A stretch of 64,000 nucleotides of DNA from Ranitomeya imitator (lineage: Eukaryota): NCBI RefSeq assembly GCF_032444005.1, contig NC_091289.1:4836001-4900000 (forward strand), in the 5' to 3' direction. Positions 34,001-48,994 of this stretch are shown piece after piece. Made by a program: the position numbers and the translations under genes. The notes beneath the pieces were generated by a model. The model was given only the letters and a program-made list of their open reading frames with translations. It did not search any database and was not told where the DNA came from. Every line of letters starts with the position of its first letter. The first letter of the stretch is position 1.

Positions 34001-35907
34001 ATATTTATGGGATCAAATAACTTAAAATTGGCACGTGCGATGTATTCGCCCCTTCTGGGATGAAGCCCTAAACATTTGTGGTAGAAGCAGTTCCCTTCAT
34101 AGGTCCGATGGGTGGTGACCGGACGTTCCCCTGTCTACGGCCGCGCTCCTCGATCAGGGAAGTGTTGTGGACTCGGCGTATGTTCACCACTTCCAAAACG
34201 TGGCATTAAATAAGAAAAAGAGGACAGCACAAGAAATCTATATAAGGCTACTTTCACACTGGCGTTTTTTGCCATACGTCGCAATGCGTCGTTTACGGGA
34301 AAAAACGCATCCTGCAAAGTTGTTTGCAGGATGCGTTTTTGCCCCATAGATTCACATTTGCGACGCATTGACACACATTGTAACCGTCGTGCGACGGTTG
34401 CGCCGTGTTGTGGCAGACCGCCGGGAGTAAAAAAACGTTACATGTAACGTTTTTTGCTGCCGACGGACCGCTTTTTCCGACCGCGCATGCGTGGCCGGAA
34501 CTCCGCCCGCACCTCACAATGGAGCAGCGGATGCGCAGGAAAAATGCATCCGCTGCCTCCGTCGTGCGGCGGATTCACTGCTACCGTCGGAATCTCGGCC
34601 CGACGCAATGCGACGTGCCGAGTCCGACGCTAGTGTGAAAGTAGCCTAAGTGGGATCTACCTGTCACATACCGAGAAGGGTACAGGGTATATGATAAAAT
34701 AAACATGTACAGACAAGGATCCCAACAAATGTATATGAATAATGTATCAACAAATAAGCCAGATAAAAACAATGAAAAAGCACCACAGGCTACAAAGTGC
34801 GTACTGGGCCGCAGCACTGTAGCGCCAGATGTTAGGAAACCAAGACAAATAATTGCCAGATAATATTATGTGCAAAGTAACACAAAAAGACAACATGCTT
34901 CTAAGGGAAATAGACCATGATAAGCCCTATAATAAGAGATGTAACTATTAGGGTATGTGCACACGTACAGGTTTTTTCGCGCTAAAAACGCTATAAAAAC
35001 TCATTAAAAACGCATACATTATGCACTCTATCATTTAGAATGCATTCTGCATGTTTTGTGCACATGGATGCGTTTTTTTCCGCGAAAAAAACACATCGTG
35101 GTAAAAAAAAATGAGCATGTTCATTATTTTTGCGGATTTTCTGCGTTTTTCCCGCAATTCTATGCATTTGGGAAAAACGCACCAAAAACACGTCAAAATC
35201 GCGGTAAAAACGCATGCGGATTTCTGGCAGAAATGTCCGATTTTTGTCAGGAAAATTTCTGCAAGAAATCCTGTCGTGTGCACATAGCCTAATAGTCAAT
35301 ATAAATCCACACTAAACGCAATAGAGTGCAAGGAACATATAGCTCCTATACAATATGGTAGAACGTGTAATCGCCCACAGGTATGTTACATGTGTAGAGC
35401 CCCATGAAATGACCAGGAGAAGCCATGTTTAGTGGATCTACAATATTAGCGCCGTGGACGGGATTTATAGAAATCTCCTGCCCACTGTGCTTCTATTTAA
35501 CGCTGCATAAACCGGCCTGTGGTGCGGGGTGTCTGAGCCACAGCGTGTCAATTTCTGAGGCAGAGACGCTTGTCTCCTCTACGTGCTGTCCCTGAATAGA
35601 CTGTCATTACACGGCGTCAATCCGCATAGTTCTAAAGGACAAGCGCGAATGTGGAACGCAGCAAAAATACGCTGCCTCCAAAACGCTACTATTCCTGATC
35701 GTGGACACGTACCCGAAGTGTCACGTGTCTGTGAGTATGTACACTTTACCTCTTCTGAAGAGCCACAGAGGCTGCAACACCATTATCACAAAGCACCACT
35801 TACCAAACACCACCGTGGAGACCGAGGAGATCTCCCGACAGCACCGTGGAGACCTCCAAACAAGTTAGGGACAAAGTTTTTGAGAAGTGCAAGTCAAGGT
35901 TGGTTTA

Positions 35908-35977
<70 letters not shown>

Positions 35978-38900
35978 TATCCCAAACTCTGATAATCCCC
36001 TGAAGCTCCATCAAATACTTTATCATTAAAGGAAAAAACATGGTACCTCAGCAACGCTGTCGAGAGAGGTCCGACCAGCAAAACTCTCAGCTCCGAGCAA
36101 GGAGGGCATTAATCATAGCGGCAGCACAGAGACCAAAGGAAACCCTAAAGTAGCTGCAGAGTTCCCAAGCAGAGACTGGAGTATCTGTCCATGCGATCAC
36201 AATAAGTCGTACACTCCATAGAAGTGGTCATTATGGAAGAGTGGGCAGAAAAAAAGCCTTTTCTTACGCACAAAAATTGTAAGGCTCGTTTTGAGTTTGC
36301 CAAAAGATGTGGGAGACTCCAAATCTACGGAGAAAGGCGCTGTAGTCAAATGAGACTAAAATAAAACTTTTTGCCCACCAAGATAAATGCTGTCTGGCAT
36401 CAAACCAACAAAACTCATCTCCCCAAGAACACCATACCCACAGTGAAACATAGTAGCAGCATGCTGTGGGGATGTTTTTTTTTCGGCAGCAGGGACAGGG
36501 GAAATGGTCCAACTCAAAGAGAACACGGATGATGCAAAATACAGGGATATTCCTGAGCAAAACCTGTTTGTCAGTCAGTGATTTGAGACTGGGACGGAGA
36601 TTCACCTTCCAACAAGACAATGACCCAAAGCAAACTGCTAAAGCCACACTCGAGCGGAGTAAGTGGAAAAGCGGCAGAGACACAGCCCAGACCTTAACCC
36701 CTTCCCGCCCTTTGACGCATACGCTGCGTCATGAAAGTCGGTGCCAATCCGACCCATGACGCAGCATATGCGTCATGGAAAGATCGCGTCCCTGCAGGCC
36801 GGGTGAAAGGGTTAACTCCCATTTCACCCGATCTGCAGGGACAGAGGGAGTGGTAGTTTAGCCCAGGGGATGTGGCTTCACCCCCTCGTGGCTACGATCG
36901 CTCTGATTGGCTGTTGAAAGTGAAACTGCCAATCAGAGCGACTTGTAATATTTCACCTAAAAAAATGGTGAAATATTACAATCCAGCCATGGCCGATGCT
37001 GCAATATCATCGGCCATGGCTGGACACACTAATGTGCACCCACCCCACCCCTCCGATCGCCCCCCCAGCCCCCCGATCTGTGGTCCGCTCCCCTCGGTCC
37101 TGTGCTCCGCTCCCCCGTCCTCCTGCCCGCTCCCCCGTGCTCCAAACAAACCCCCCCGCACTCCGATCCCCCCCCGCACAGCGATTTCCCCCCCCCGTGC
37201 TCCGATCCACCCGCCCGCACAGCGATCCCCCACTCCGTGCTCCAATCCACCCCCCCGTGTTCCGATCCACCCCCCCGTGCTCCGACGGCCCCCCCCGTGC
37301 CCTGATCTCCCCGCCCTTATACTTACCTGGCCTCCCGGGGACCGTCCGTCTTCTTTCCTGGGCGCCGCCATCTTCCAAAATGGCGGGCGCATGTGCAGTG
37401 CGCCCGCCGAATCTGCCGTCCGGCAGATTCGTTCCAGAGTGATTTTTGATCACTGACATAGGTTATATCTCAGTGATCAAAATAAAAAAAGTAAATGTCA
37501 CCCCCATAGGTAGGGACAATAAAAAAAATATTTTATTTTTTTTTTTTCCACTAAGGTTGGGGTAAGAACTAGGGTTAGGGGTAGGGTTAGGAATGTGCAC
37601 ACATATTCTGGTCCTCTGCGGATTTTTCCGCTGCGGATTTGATAAATCCGCAGTGCTAAACCGCTGCGGATTTATGGCGGATTTACCATGTTTTTTCTGC
37701 GCATTTCAATGCGGTTTTACAACAGCGATTTTCTATTTGAGCAGTTGTAAAACCGCTGCGGAATCCGCAGAAAGAAGTGACATGCTGCGGAATGTAAACC
37801 GCTGCGTTTCCGTGCAGTTTTTCTGCAGCATGTGTACAGCGATTTTTGTTTTCCATAGGTTTGCATTGAACTGTAAACTCATGGGAAACTGCTGCGGATC
37901 CGCAGCGTTTTCCGCAGCGTGTGCACATACCTTTAGAATTAGGCTATGTGCACACGGTGCGGATTGGCCGCTGCGGATTCGCAGCAGTGTTCCATCAGGT
38001 TTACAGTACCATGTAAACATATGGAAAGCCAAATCCGCTGTGCCCATGGTGCGGAAAATACCGCGCGGGAACGCTGCGTTGTATTTTCCGCAGCATGTCA
38101 ATTCTTTGTGCGGATTCCGCAGCGTTTTACACCTGTTCCTCAATAGGAATCCGCAGGTGAAATCCGGACAAAAAACACTGGCAATCCGCGGTAAATACGC
38201 AGGTAAAACGCAGTGCCTTTTACCCGCGGATTTTTCAAAAATGGTGCTGAAATATCTCACACGAATCCGCAACGTTGGCACATAGCCTTAGGTATAGGGT
38301 TGGGTTGGAATTAGGGTTGTGGTTAGGGTTAGGGGTGTGTTGGGGTTACGGGTGTGTTGGGGTTAGGGTTGTGATTAGGGTTACGGCTACAGTTGGGATA
38401 AGGGTTAGGGGTGTGTTGGGGTTAGTGTTGGAGTTAGAATTGAGGGGTTACCACTGTTTAGGCACATCAGGGGGTCTCCAAACGCAACATGGCGCCACCA
38501 TTGATTCCAGCCAATCTTGTATTCAAAAAGTCAAATGGTGCTCCCTCACTTCCGAGCCCTGACGTGTGCCCAAACAGTGGTTTACCCCCACATATGGGGT
38601 ACCAGCATACTCAGGACAAACTGCGCAACAATTACTGGGGTCCAATTTCTCCTGTTACCCTTGTGAAAATAAAGAAATGCTTGCTAAAACATCATTTTTG
38701 AGGAAAGAAAAATGATTTTTTATTTTCACGGCTCTGCGTTGTAAACGTCTGTGAAGCACTTGGGGGTTCAAAGTGCTCACCACATATCTAGATAAGTTCC
38801 TTGGGGGGTCTAGTTTCTAAAATGGGGTCACTTGTGGGGGGTTTCTACTGTTAAGCCACATCAGGGGCTCTGCAAACGCAATGTGACGCCCGCAGACCAT

Positions 38901-41900
38901 TCCATCAAAGTCTACATTTCAAAAGTCACTACTTCCCTTCTGAGCCCCGACGTGTGCCCAAACAGTGGTTTACCCCCACACATGGGGTATCAGCATACTC
39001 AGGAGAAACTGGACAACAACTTTTGGGGTCCAATTTCTCCTGTTACCCTTGGGAAAATAAAAAATTCTGGGCTAAATAATTATTTTTGAGGAAAGAAAAC
39101 GTATTTATTATTTTCACGGCTCTGCATTATAAACTTCTATGAAGCACTTGGGGGTTCAAAGTGCTCACCACACATCTAGATAAGTTCCTTTCGGGGTCTA
39201 GTTTCCAAAATGGGGTCACTTGTGGGGGGTTTCTACTGTTAAGCCACATCAGGGGCTCTGCAAACGCAACGTGACGCCCACAGAGCATTCCATCAAAGTC
39301 TGCATTTCAAAATGTCACTACTTCACTTCCGAGCCCCGGCATGTGCCCAAACAGTGGTTTACCCCCAAATATGGGGTATCAGCGTACTCAGGAGAAACTG
39401 GACAACAACTTTTGGGGTCAAATTTCTCCTGTTACCCTTTGTAAAATAAAAAATTGCAGGCTAAAAGATCATTTTTGAGAAAATAATTTTTTTTTTTATT
39501 TTCATGGCTCTGCGTTATAAACTTCTGTGAAGCACTTGGGGGTTCAAAGTCCTCACCACACATCTAGATTAGTTCCTTTGGGGGTCTAGTTTCCAAAATG
39601 GGGTCATTTCTGGGGGATCTCCAATGTTTAGGCACACAGGGGCTCTCCAAACGTGACATGGTGTCCGCTAATGATTGGAGCTACTTTTCCATTTAAAAAG
39701 CCAAATGGCGTGCCATCCCTTCAGAGCCCTGCCGTGCGCCCAAACAGTGGTTTACCCCCACATATGGGGTATCAGCGTACTCAGGACAAACTGGACAACA
39801 ATATTTGGGGTCCAATTTCTCCTATTATCCTTGGCAAAATAGGAAATTCCAGGCTAAAAAATCATTTTTGAGGAAAGAAAAATTATTTTTTATTTTCATG
39901 GCTCTGCGTTATAAACTTCTGTGAAGCACCTGGGGGTTTAAAGTGCTCAATATGCATCTAGATAAGTTCCTTGGGGGGTCTAGTTTCCAAAATGGGGTCA
40001 CTTGTGGGGGAGCTCCAATGCATAGGCACACAGGGGCTCTCCAAACGCGACATGGTGTCCGCTAACAATTGGAGCTAATTTTCCATTCAAAAAGTCAAAT
40101 GGCGCGCCTTCCCTTCCGAGCCCTGCCGTGTGCCCAAACAGTGGTTTACCCCCACATATGAGGTATCGGCGTACTCGGGAGAAATTGCCCAACAAATTTT
40201 ATGATCCATTTTATCCTACTGCCCATGTGAAAATGAAAAAATTGAGGCGAAAAGAATTTTTTTGTGAAAAAAAAGTACTTTTTCATTTTTACGGATCAAT
40301 TTGTGAAGCACCTGGGGGTTTAAAGTGCTCAGTAGGCATCTAAATAAGTTCCTTGGGGGGTCTAGTTTCCAAAATGGGGTCACTTGTGGGGGAGCTCCAA
40401 TTTTTAGGCACACGGGGGCTCTCCAAACGTGACATGGTGTCCGCTAAAGAGTGCAGCCAATTTTTGATTCAAAAAGTCAAATGGCGCTCCTTCCCTTCCA
40501 AGCCCTGCCGTGCGCCCAAACAGTGGTTTACCCCCACATATGAGGTATCAGCGTACTCAGGACAAATTGGACAACAACTTTCGTGGTTCAGTTTCTCCTT
40601 TTACCATTGGGAAAATAAAAAAATTGTTGCTAAAAGATAATTTTTGTGACTAAAAAGTTAAATGTTCATTTTTTCCTTCCATGTTGCTTCTGCTGCTGTG
40701 AAGCACCTGAAGGGTTAATAAACTTCTTGAATGTGGTTTTGTGCACCTTGAGGGGTGCAGTTTTTAGAATGGTGTCACTTTTGGGTATTTTCAGCCATAT
40801 AGACCCCTCAAACTGACTTCAAATGTGAGGTGGTCTCTAAAAAAAATGGTTTTGTAAATTTCGTTGTAAAAATGACAAATCGCTGGTCGAATTTTAACCC
40901 TTATAACTTCCTAGCAAAAAAAAATTTTGTTTCCAAAATTGTGCTGATGTAAAGTAAACATGTGGGAAATGTTATTTATTAACTATTTTGTGTCACATAT
41001 CTCTCTGGTTTAACAGAATAAAAATTCAAAATGTGAAAATTGCGAAATTTTCAAAATTTTCGCCAAATTTCCGTTTTTATCACAAATAAACGCAGAATTT
41101 ATTGACCTAAATTTACCACTAACATGAAGCCCAATATGTCACGAAAAAACAATCTCAGAACCGCTAGGATCCGTTGAAGCGTTCCTGAGTTATTACCTCA
41201 TAAAGGGACACTGGTCAGAATTGCAAAAAACGGCAAGGTCTTTAAGGTCAAAATAGGCTGGGTCATGAAGGGGTTAATACAATGAAGTGTCTGTGGTCAG
41301 ACGTGAAGATCGCTGTTCATCAGAGGAACCTGAAGGAGCTGGAGCAGTTTAGCCTCGAGGAGTGGACACAAATCACCGTGGAAGATGTGGAAACACCATA
41401 GAGACTTATCCCAAGCGACTGCAGCTCTAATTGCCACAGAAAGAGGCTCCACAAAGTGCTGTGTTTAGGGGTGAATGGTTTTGCGCACTGAAGTTTACAG
41501 TTATTTTGTTGTTTACTTCAAAATAAAAAAAAATGTTCACAGTTGTCGGCATGTTCTCTACATGATCTGATGCAAACCCTCAAAGTAATGGTGAAATTCC
41601 AGGTTGTGAGGTAACAAAACACCAAAATTCTTTGGGGGGGATTGAATACTTCTGCAAGTCCCTGTGTAATATATTACATTACCGGGGGAGGCGGCTCTAG
41701 AGCTACTCGTACAGATTTTGGCGGCGCAGCGTCCGTTCTTTCCTCAGGGTTGTAGGTAATGGATTCTCATTTTTCGGCAGGTCCCAGTCGAGTTCTGTCG
41801 GTACATTGTGGGCAGTATCCTCAGCGAGGGCGACGAGAAGCCGCTGCCCGATCACGTCCGAATCTTCCGGAAACATGGCTTCAAGTTCTGCGTGTTGCCT

Positions 41901-44900
41901 GAGGTTAACCACGCGGTGATGGCCACGTTCCCCTACACGACCCCTTTCTCCATTCAGTTGGCCACTACCAGGGTTCACCCTGCGCTGGAGAAATACGTCA
42001 AGGTAGGAGAGGGGCGCTGCGCCAGCAGGGAGGGGGTTCGTGAGCGTTCACCTGTGACCATTAATGCACCCGGATTTCCTGCATCATTTATGTCTGAATG
42101 CAGCAGAGCCTGCACTGCGTACTCAGGAAATTAAGTACACCCAGACTTTATGACCGGAGCGAAAGTGAGGAGGTCATTGTACAATACAGCTGCACCCAAC
42201 AGCTACAGTCGTGGCCACTAGTTTTCATACTGATGCAGATTTCGTTTCTCGCATTTCCCTTCTTCAGTGTTTTCGCTCTTTAGTCGCTGTTTCTATGGTT
42301 ACTGACTGACAATAATAAACATTCCGCACGTTGTTACATTTTATTGACAAATCCATGAAGTTCTTATGACTCCTTGATATTCTCCGCACTCCTGCCCCTT
42401 ATTCTCCACACTCCTGCCCCTTATTCTCCGCACTCCTGCCCCTTATTCTCCGCACTCCTGCCCCTTATTCTCCACACTCCTGCCCCTTATTCTCCGCACT
42501 CCTGCCCCTTATTCTCCGCACTCCTGCCCCTTATTCTCCACACTCCTGCCCCTTATTCTCCGCACTCCTGCCCCTTATTCTCCGCACTCCTGCCCCTTAT
42601 TCTCCGCACTCCTGCCCCTTATTCTCCGCACTCCTGCCCCTTATTCTCCGCACTCCTGCCCCTTATTCTCCGCACTCCTGCCCCTTATTCTCCACATCCT
42701 GCCCCCCTTGTTCTTCGCACTCCTGCCCCCCTTGTTCTTCGCACTCCTGCCCCCCCTTGTTCTTCGCACTCCTGCCCCCCTTGTTCTTCGCACTCCTGCC
42801 CCCCTTGTTCTTCGCACTCCTGCCCCCCTTGTTCTTCGCACTCCTGCCCCCCTTGTTCTTCGCACTCCTGCCCCCCTTGTTCTTCGCACTCCTGCCCCCC
42901 TTTTTCTCCGCACTCCTGCCCCCCCATGTTCTCCGCACTCCTGCTCCCCCCCCTTGTTCTCCGCACTCCTGCCCCCCCTCCTTGTTCTCCGCACTCCTGC
43001 CCCCCCCTCCTTGTTCTCCGCACTCCTGCCCCCCCCCCTTGTTCTCCGCACTCCTGCCCGACCCCCCCCCCCCCTTGTTCTCCGCACTCCTGCCCGCCCC
43101 CCCCCCCCCCCCCTTGTTCTCCGCACTCCTGCCCCCCTTGTTCTCCGCACTCCTGCCCCCTTTAGACTCCAGACACCTATACCCCCACTCCGGCAGCTGG
43201 ATATCGGCCTCTGGGCCGATGCTGACTGATGGCCGCCCGTTCTTGTCTCATCAGAGCTCGGAGTTATCACAATTTTCAAAGTAAAACCTCCTGAGACCAT
43301 TCATGTACGGGGGCTTCTCCATGGAGTGGGGGGCTGTAAAAAGGGATTAGAAATTTCAGCTAATACAATATTATATTAGAATATTAAATATTATCTCTAT
43401 AGGGTGGACTAGTTTCCTGCCTTATTCCTAGTGCTGGAATATTTGTCACGTATGTCACATACTGATTCACACTGTAGTAATACAATATAACAAGTTAATT
43501 GGCTAAAAGACTACTCTTAAATCACATGACAATAGTATAATATTAGCACATGTTAATATAAACAAGAATCAGTATCCGATCTATATACTGAATTATACAC
43601 GACTGTAATATATACGGACACACCAGTAAATGTTCCCTCCGCCCATGTGTAGTGACACACAGGCAGTCTCCCCCCCCACACACACACAGGCAGTCTCCCC
43701 CCCCCCCCACACACAGGCAGTCTCCCCCCCCCCCCACACACAGGCAGTCTCCCCCCACACACACAGGCAGTCTCCCCCCCACACACACAGGCAGTCTCCC
43801 CCCCCCCCCCACACACACACACAGGCAGTCTCCCCCCCCCCCCCCCCCACACACAGGCAGTCTCTCCACCCCCCCATCCCCCCCCCACACACACACGCAC
43901 ACACAGGCAGTCTCCCCCACACACACAGGCAGTCTCCCCCCCCCACACACACACACACACACACAGGCAGTCTCCCCCACACACAGGCAGTCCCCCCCAC
44001 ACACACAGGCAGTCTCCCCCCACACACACACACACACACACACACAGGCAGTCAACCCCACACACACACACACAGGCAGTCTCCCCCCCCCCCCCCCCAC
44101 ACACACACACACACATGCAGTCTCCCCCCCACACACCCAGGCAGTCCCCCACACACACACACACACACACGCAGTCTCCCACACACACACACACAGGCAG
44201 TCAAACCCCCCCCCACACACACACACAGGCAGTCCCCCCCCCCACACACACACATGCAGTCTCCCCCCCACACACCCAGGCAGTCTCCCCCCCTTCCCCC
44301 CACACACACACAGGAAGGCTCCCCCACACACCCAGGCAGTCTCCTCTCCCCCCCCCCCCCACACACACACGCAGTCTCCCCCCACACACACACACAGGCA
44401 GTCTCCCCCCCCCCACACACACACACACACACAGGCAGTCTCCCCCCCACACACANNNNNNNNNNNNNNNNNNNNNNNNNNNNNNNNNNNNNNNNNNNNN
44501 NNNNNNNNNNNNNNNNNNNNNNNNNNNNNNNNNNNNNNNNNNNNNNNNNNNNNNNNNNNNNNNNNNNNNNNNNNNNNNNNNNNNNNNNNNNNNNNNNNNN
44601 NNNNNNNNNNNNNNNNNNNNNNNNNNNNNNNNNNNNNNNNNNGCAGTCCCCCCCCCCCCCCCATACACACACAGGCAGTCCACACACACACAGGCTCCCC
44701 CACGTACACACACACACACGCAGTCTCCCACACACACACACACAGGCAGTCAAACCCCCCCCCACACACACACACAGGCAGTCCCCCCCCCCACACACAC
44801 ACATGCAGTCTCCCCCCCACACACCCAGGCAGTCTCCCCCCCTTCCCCCCACACACACACAGGAAGGCTCCCCCACACACCCAGGCAGTCTCCTCTCCCC

Positions 44901-44969
44901 CCCCCCCCACACACACACACACACAGGCAGTCTCCCCCCCCCCCACACACACACAGGCAGTCTCTCTCC

Positions 44970-45000
<31 letters not shown>

Positions 45001-48000
45001 ACACGCAGTCTCCCCCCCCCCACACANNNNNNNNNNNNNNNNNNNNNNNNNNNNNNNNNNNNNNNNNNNNNNNNNNNNNNNNNNNNNNNNNNNNNNNNNN
45101 NNNNNNNNNNNNNNNNNNNNNNNNNNNNNNNNNNNNNNNNNNNNNNNNNNNNNNNNNNNNNNNNNNNNNNNNNNNNNNNNNNNNNNNNNNNNNNNNNNNN
45201 NNNNNNNNNNNNNNCTTACAATAAATAACTCCCGAGCTCCTGTCTATCCTTTTATCTACATTTGTCATTGATTATAATGTGCCCTGTCCGGATTGGGCTC
45301 TGATAGATTGTCTCTGTGTATTTTCAAATATGGAAAGTTGTAATTTGCCACGTATAAGGGCACAAACTAACGGATACAGGGGCGCACTCCCATTGTGAGG
45401 GCTTCTCATCGATGGAGGGGCTCACTCAGAGTGTGTGGGTGCGTCTCATCCATGGAATCATAGCATGCTAGAGTCATCGTGTCCAGCCCCCCGCTCAATG
45501 CAAGAGTCACTAAACCATCCCAGACACGTCTGTCCAGCCTTTGTGTGAAGACTTCCATTGAAGGAGAACTCACCACCTCTGTGGCCGCCTGCTCCACTCA
45601 TTGATCGCCCTCACTATCACCCTTCTAATATCTAATCTGTATCTTCTCCCATTCAGTTTCCTTCCATTGCTTCTCGTGTTTCCAGGTGTAGATGAGAATA
45701 ATGATCCTTCTACACTGTGACGGCCCTTCAGATATTTGTAGACGGCTATAAAGTCTCCTCTCAGTCTTCTCTTTTGCAGCTAAACATTCCCAGATCCTGT
45801 AACTGTTCCTCGTAGGACATACTCTGCAGTCCGCTCACCATCCTGGTCGCTCTTCTCTGAACTTGCTCCAGCTTTTCAATGTATTTATTACAATGTGGAG
45901 CCCAGAACTGGACCCAGTATCCAGATGATTCCTGACCAAGGAGGAGTAGAGGGAGATAATGACTTCACGTGATCTAGACTCGGTGCTTCTCTTAAAGTGC
46001 GCTTGTCATCACAGGAAATTCACAGATTTGTCAATAAAATGTAGCAAGGTGCGGAATGTTTATCATTGTCCATCAGTAACCATAGAAACAGCGATTGAAG
46101 AGGCAAAATGTGGAAACCAATCTCGCGGCCATGAATGTACATGGAGGGTCGGGGACTGAGCCGGCTCCATGCAGGGCAGATACAGGTGCGTTACACAGCC
46201 GGCACCTGCCTCCAACAGCAGCAATAAGATCGTCTCTAACAGCAGCGTTCCAATGAGGCTGATGTCATAGTGGTTAGCACTGTGCTATATGTAGGGTAGC
46301 GCCGTGGCTGTGGTTAGTACAGTGCTCTATATAGGGCAGCAGGTGTCCTATGTACTGCACCTGCGCGTCCCATATCTGCTGCACCCTATATATAGATATA
46401 GGGCAGCGCCGTGGCTCAGTGGTTAGTACAGTACTATGTATACAGGGGAGCACGGTGGCTGAGTGGTTAGTACAGTACTATATATAGGGCAGCAGGTGTC
46501 CTATGTACTGCACCCTATATATAGATACAGGGCAGCGCCGTGGCTCAGTGGTTAGTACAGTACTATGTATACAGGGGAGCACATTGGCTCAGTGGTTAGT
46601 ACAGTAGTATGTATACAGGGGAGCACGGTGGCTCACTGGTTAGCACTTATAGAAGTGTCCTATGTACTGCACCTGCGCGTCCTGTGTGTGCTGCACCCTA
46701 TATATAGATATAGGGCAGCGCCATGGCTCAGTGGTTAGTACTGTACTATATATAGGACTGCTCAGTGGTTAGCACTGTAATGTGTGGTTGTGTTTTTTTT
46801 TTTTTTTTTTATTTCAGCATTTGTTGACTGTTTAAATCCTTTATCAGATTGGTGATGATCCAGCACCAGTTTTATTTATTGCGGAGTTCTGCTGGGGGCA
46901 GCACAGTACCAGGCTGTCGCCAGTAGGTGGTGGCAGAGGTTTTCTCCCATAGAACGAAGCTCCTGGAGACTCTGTACTGACTTTACCTCCAGCCTCTCGT
47001 GGACTTACATGGGGGATTTTGTGATTCACTCCTTCATCATTGTCGGCTAATAGTTTTGTTTTCACCCTGTTGCTCATCAGAGACATCATCAATGTGTAAA
47101 AGCCGCTGGTGGATGTTGCCGCTTCTCTCCTGCATTTCATGTGATGTATCAGACGCCCGGGAAGTGAGGAGGCGCGTAATTGACTATAATGGCGGCAAAT
47201 GGGGTCAGCCTGGTTATTACCCAACCAGTGTCAGACTCTGATGGTGCAGCTTATCTCAGGAGGAGACGGCGCAGGAACAAAGTAATAGGGAACAGTCACG
47301 GGACGCGCGGGGGGGGGGCAGCGCACACGGGACGTGAGGGGGGGCAGCGCACACGGGACACGCGGGGGGGCAGCGCACACGGGACACGCGGGGGGCAGCA
47401 CACGGGATGTGCGGGGGCAGCGCAACGACATGCGACCTCTTTATTGCATGTTATTCAGACAGTGACGTGCACGGTGATGACATCAGTAATTTTTTATAAA
47501 TATTTACATTTTGCTGTTTCCTTTTGTGGAGGAATAATTCTATCTATATATTTTTTACATATATTCTTTTCTTTCTCCTCCTCCGAGGTCTTGACCCTGC
47601 GATCGCCTGTCTCATGTACATTACATTGCTCTACGTTTCGACACTCCTATGACGTTCCTCCATGGCAACCAGCGATCGGCTCCCTGCGATCTCGCCGTGG
47701 GGGTATATCGGGAAACGTCTGTCAGTAATGATGGCTGCCATTTAAAGATCCTTTTTGTCGGTGGCATTTAAGAGATTAATTGTAATGATCAGGGGTCAGT
47801 TACGAAAGTTGCACCCCCGCTCTAGTGCCCTCCTGACTTGCATACACCCCATGATGCGCAGCCAGCTGCTGCAGCACTGCTTGGACCTGTACAATGTATA
47901 CTGTCCCCATGTGGCACCACACTACCCTCTCCGGTGTGTTAGGTGCTCTCCCTGACAGGTTGGGTATATGCCACGCTCGTGGGGGGATGCCGGTGCCGCT

Positions 48001-48955
48001 TGTGGGGGGGACGCCGGGGCCGCGCCTGTGGAGCTCGCTCTCTATAAGGCGCCATTTTAACACTTTGCAGCTCTGGCATTTTGGGACGATTCTGGCTGCG
48101 GGAAGGGAAGTGTAAATTGCCACCTGCTGTTTGTTCTCAGGTGAAAATGAGATCTGAGACCAAGAGAAGCGAGCGATGGAGGAGGGGAGGTGCGGGCAGG
48201 CGCTGCTGCGGAGGAGCGCTCGTGTCTCCCCCCGCCGTGCGCTGTCCTGCCTGCGCGTCTCCCCGTTTCCTCTCGTTTTGTTATTTCTTGCTTGCCCCTC
48301 ATCTTCTCATCCACTCACTCTGTGTTGCGGCTTCCATCAGGATCCCCGCGCTCCTTCCTTATTGTGTCCATCTTTGTGCACTTTTCCTGCGGCTTCTAGT
48401 AGCAGCGGGGGAGGAAGTAGCGGCGGACACTGAAGGATGAAACTGTCCCCGGGGGAGAGAGAAAGGAGGGGGACAGTGTTACCCTAAATCTCTCTGCGCC
48501 TCGAGAAGGGGCTCCGCACAAGCTCTGCATATTCGTAAGAGCCGCGGACCTTTCCGCATGGAGGATCCCCCTCTATAAGGCATGTGAACCTCCATGTGCC
48601 CCTCATTTCAGGAGCTCCTTGCTGGCACTCAGTCTGGTCCTCTGGGACATAATACTTCTATTTGATGTGGATGGTCCATGTCCCCCTCCTCATCCCCTGC
48701 ACCCCCACACTCCTCGCTGCCCTCCTTAGTGCCCCTCTGCACCCACCTTTCTTTTTCTCTCTTTTGCTCCCCTAATTTCCCCACATCTCTCATCCCACCA
48801 GAGGTGTCCGCCGCCCTCCCCAGGCGTCGATGGTCGGGCCGCCCGCGCCGCTGCTCTTGTCAGGATCGAACTTGTATTTTAATGAGTCAGATCCAGCTGG
48901 GAATAAAATTTTAATGAGTTTGCGGTGAGTAGTGATGTCTCTGCCACCGAGGGGA

Positions 48956-48994
<39 letters not shown>

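Larger units (their letters stand above)
36698..41273. mobile_element. Non-autonomous piggyBac-like element, 4576 bp, TTAA TSD
   Basis: TTAA|CCCCTTC at 36694-36704 and GAAGGGG|TTAA at 41267-41277; no transposase ORF; internal ~390-bp tandem units; superfamily call rests on the TTAA TSD and CCC termini. Confidence 0.75.
33832..41664 (+). mobile_element. Degraded Tc1-family transposon split by several insertions
   Basis: Left TIR TA|CAGTGGCTTGCAAAAGTATTCA at 33832; right TIR TGAATACTTCTGCAAGTCCCTG ends 41664. Transposase remnants at ~35845-36693 ([21 protein letters not shown]) resume at 41278 (N..LWSDVKI). Confidence 0.8.

Noticed and set aside
38290-38448. True telomere or chromosome fusion site
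   Set aside because: Short, degenerate, single orientation and internal to a TTAA-flanked element
36698-41273. Autonomous piggyBac transposase
   Set aside because: No long ORF or DDD motif; the interior is tandem repeat and MITEs
44456-45214. Near-duplicate sequence on either side of two N runs
   Set aside because: Assembly gaps (187 and 188 N) in a CA/C repeat; the duplication may be an artefact
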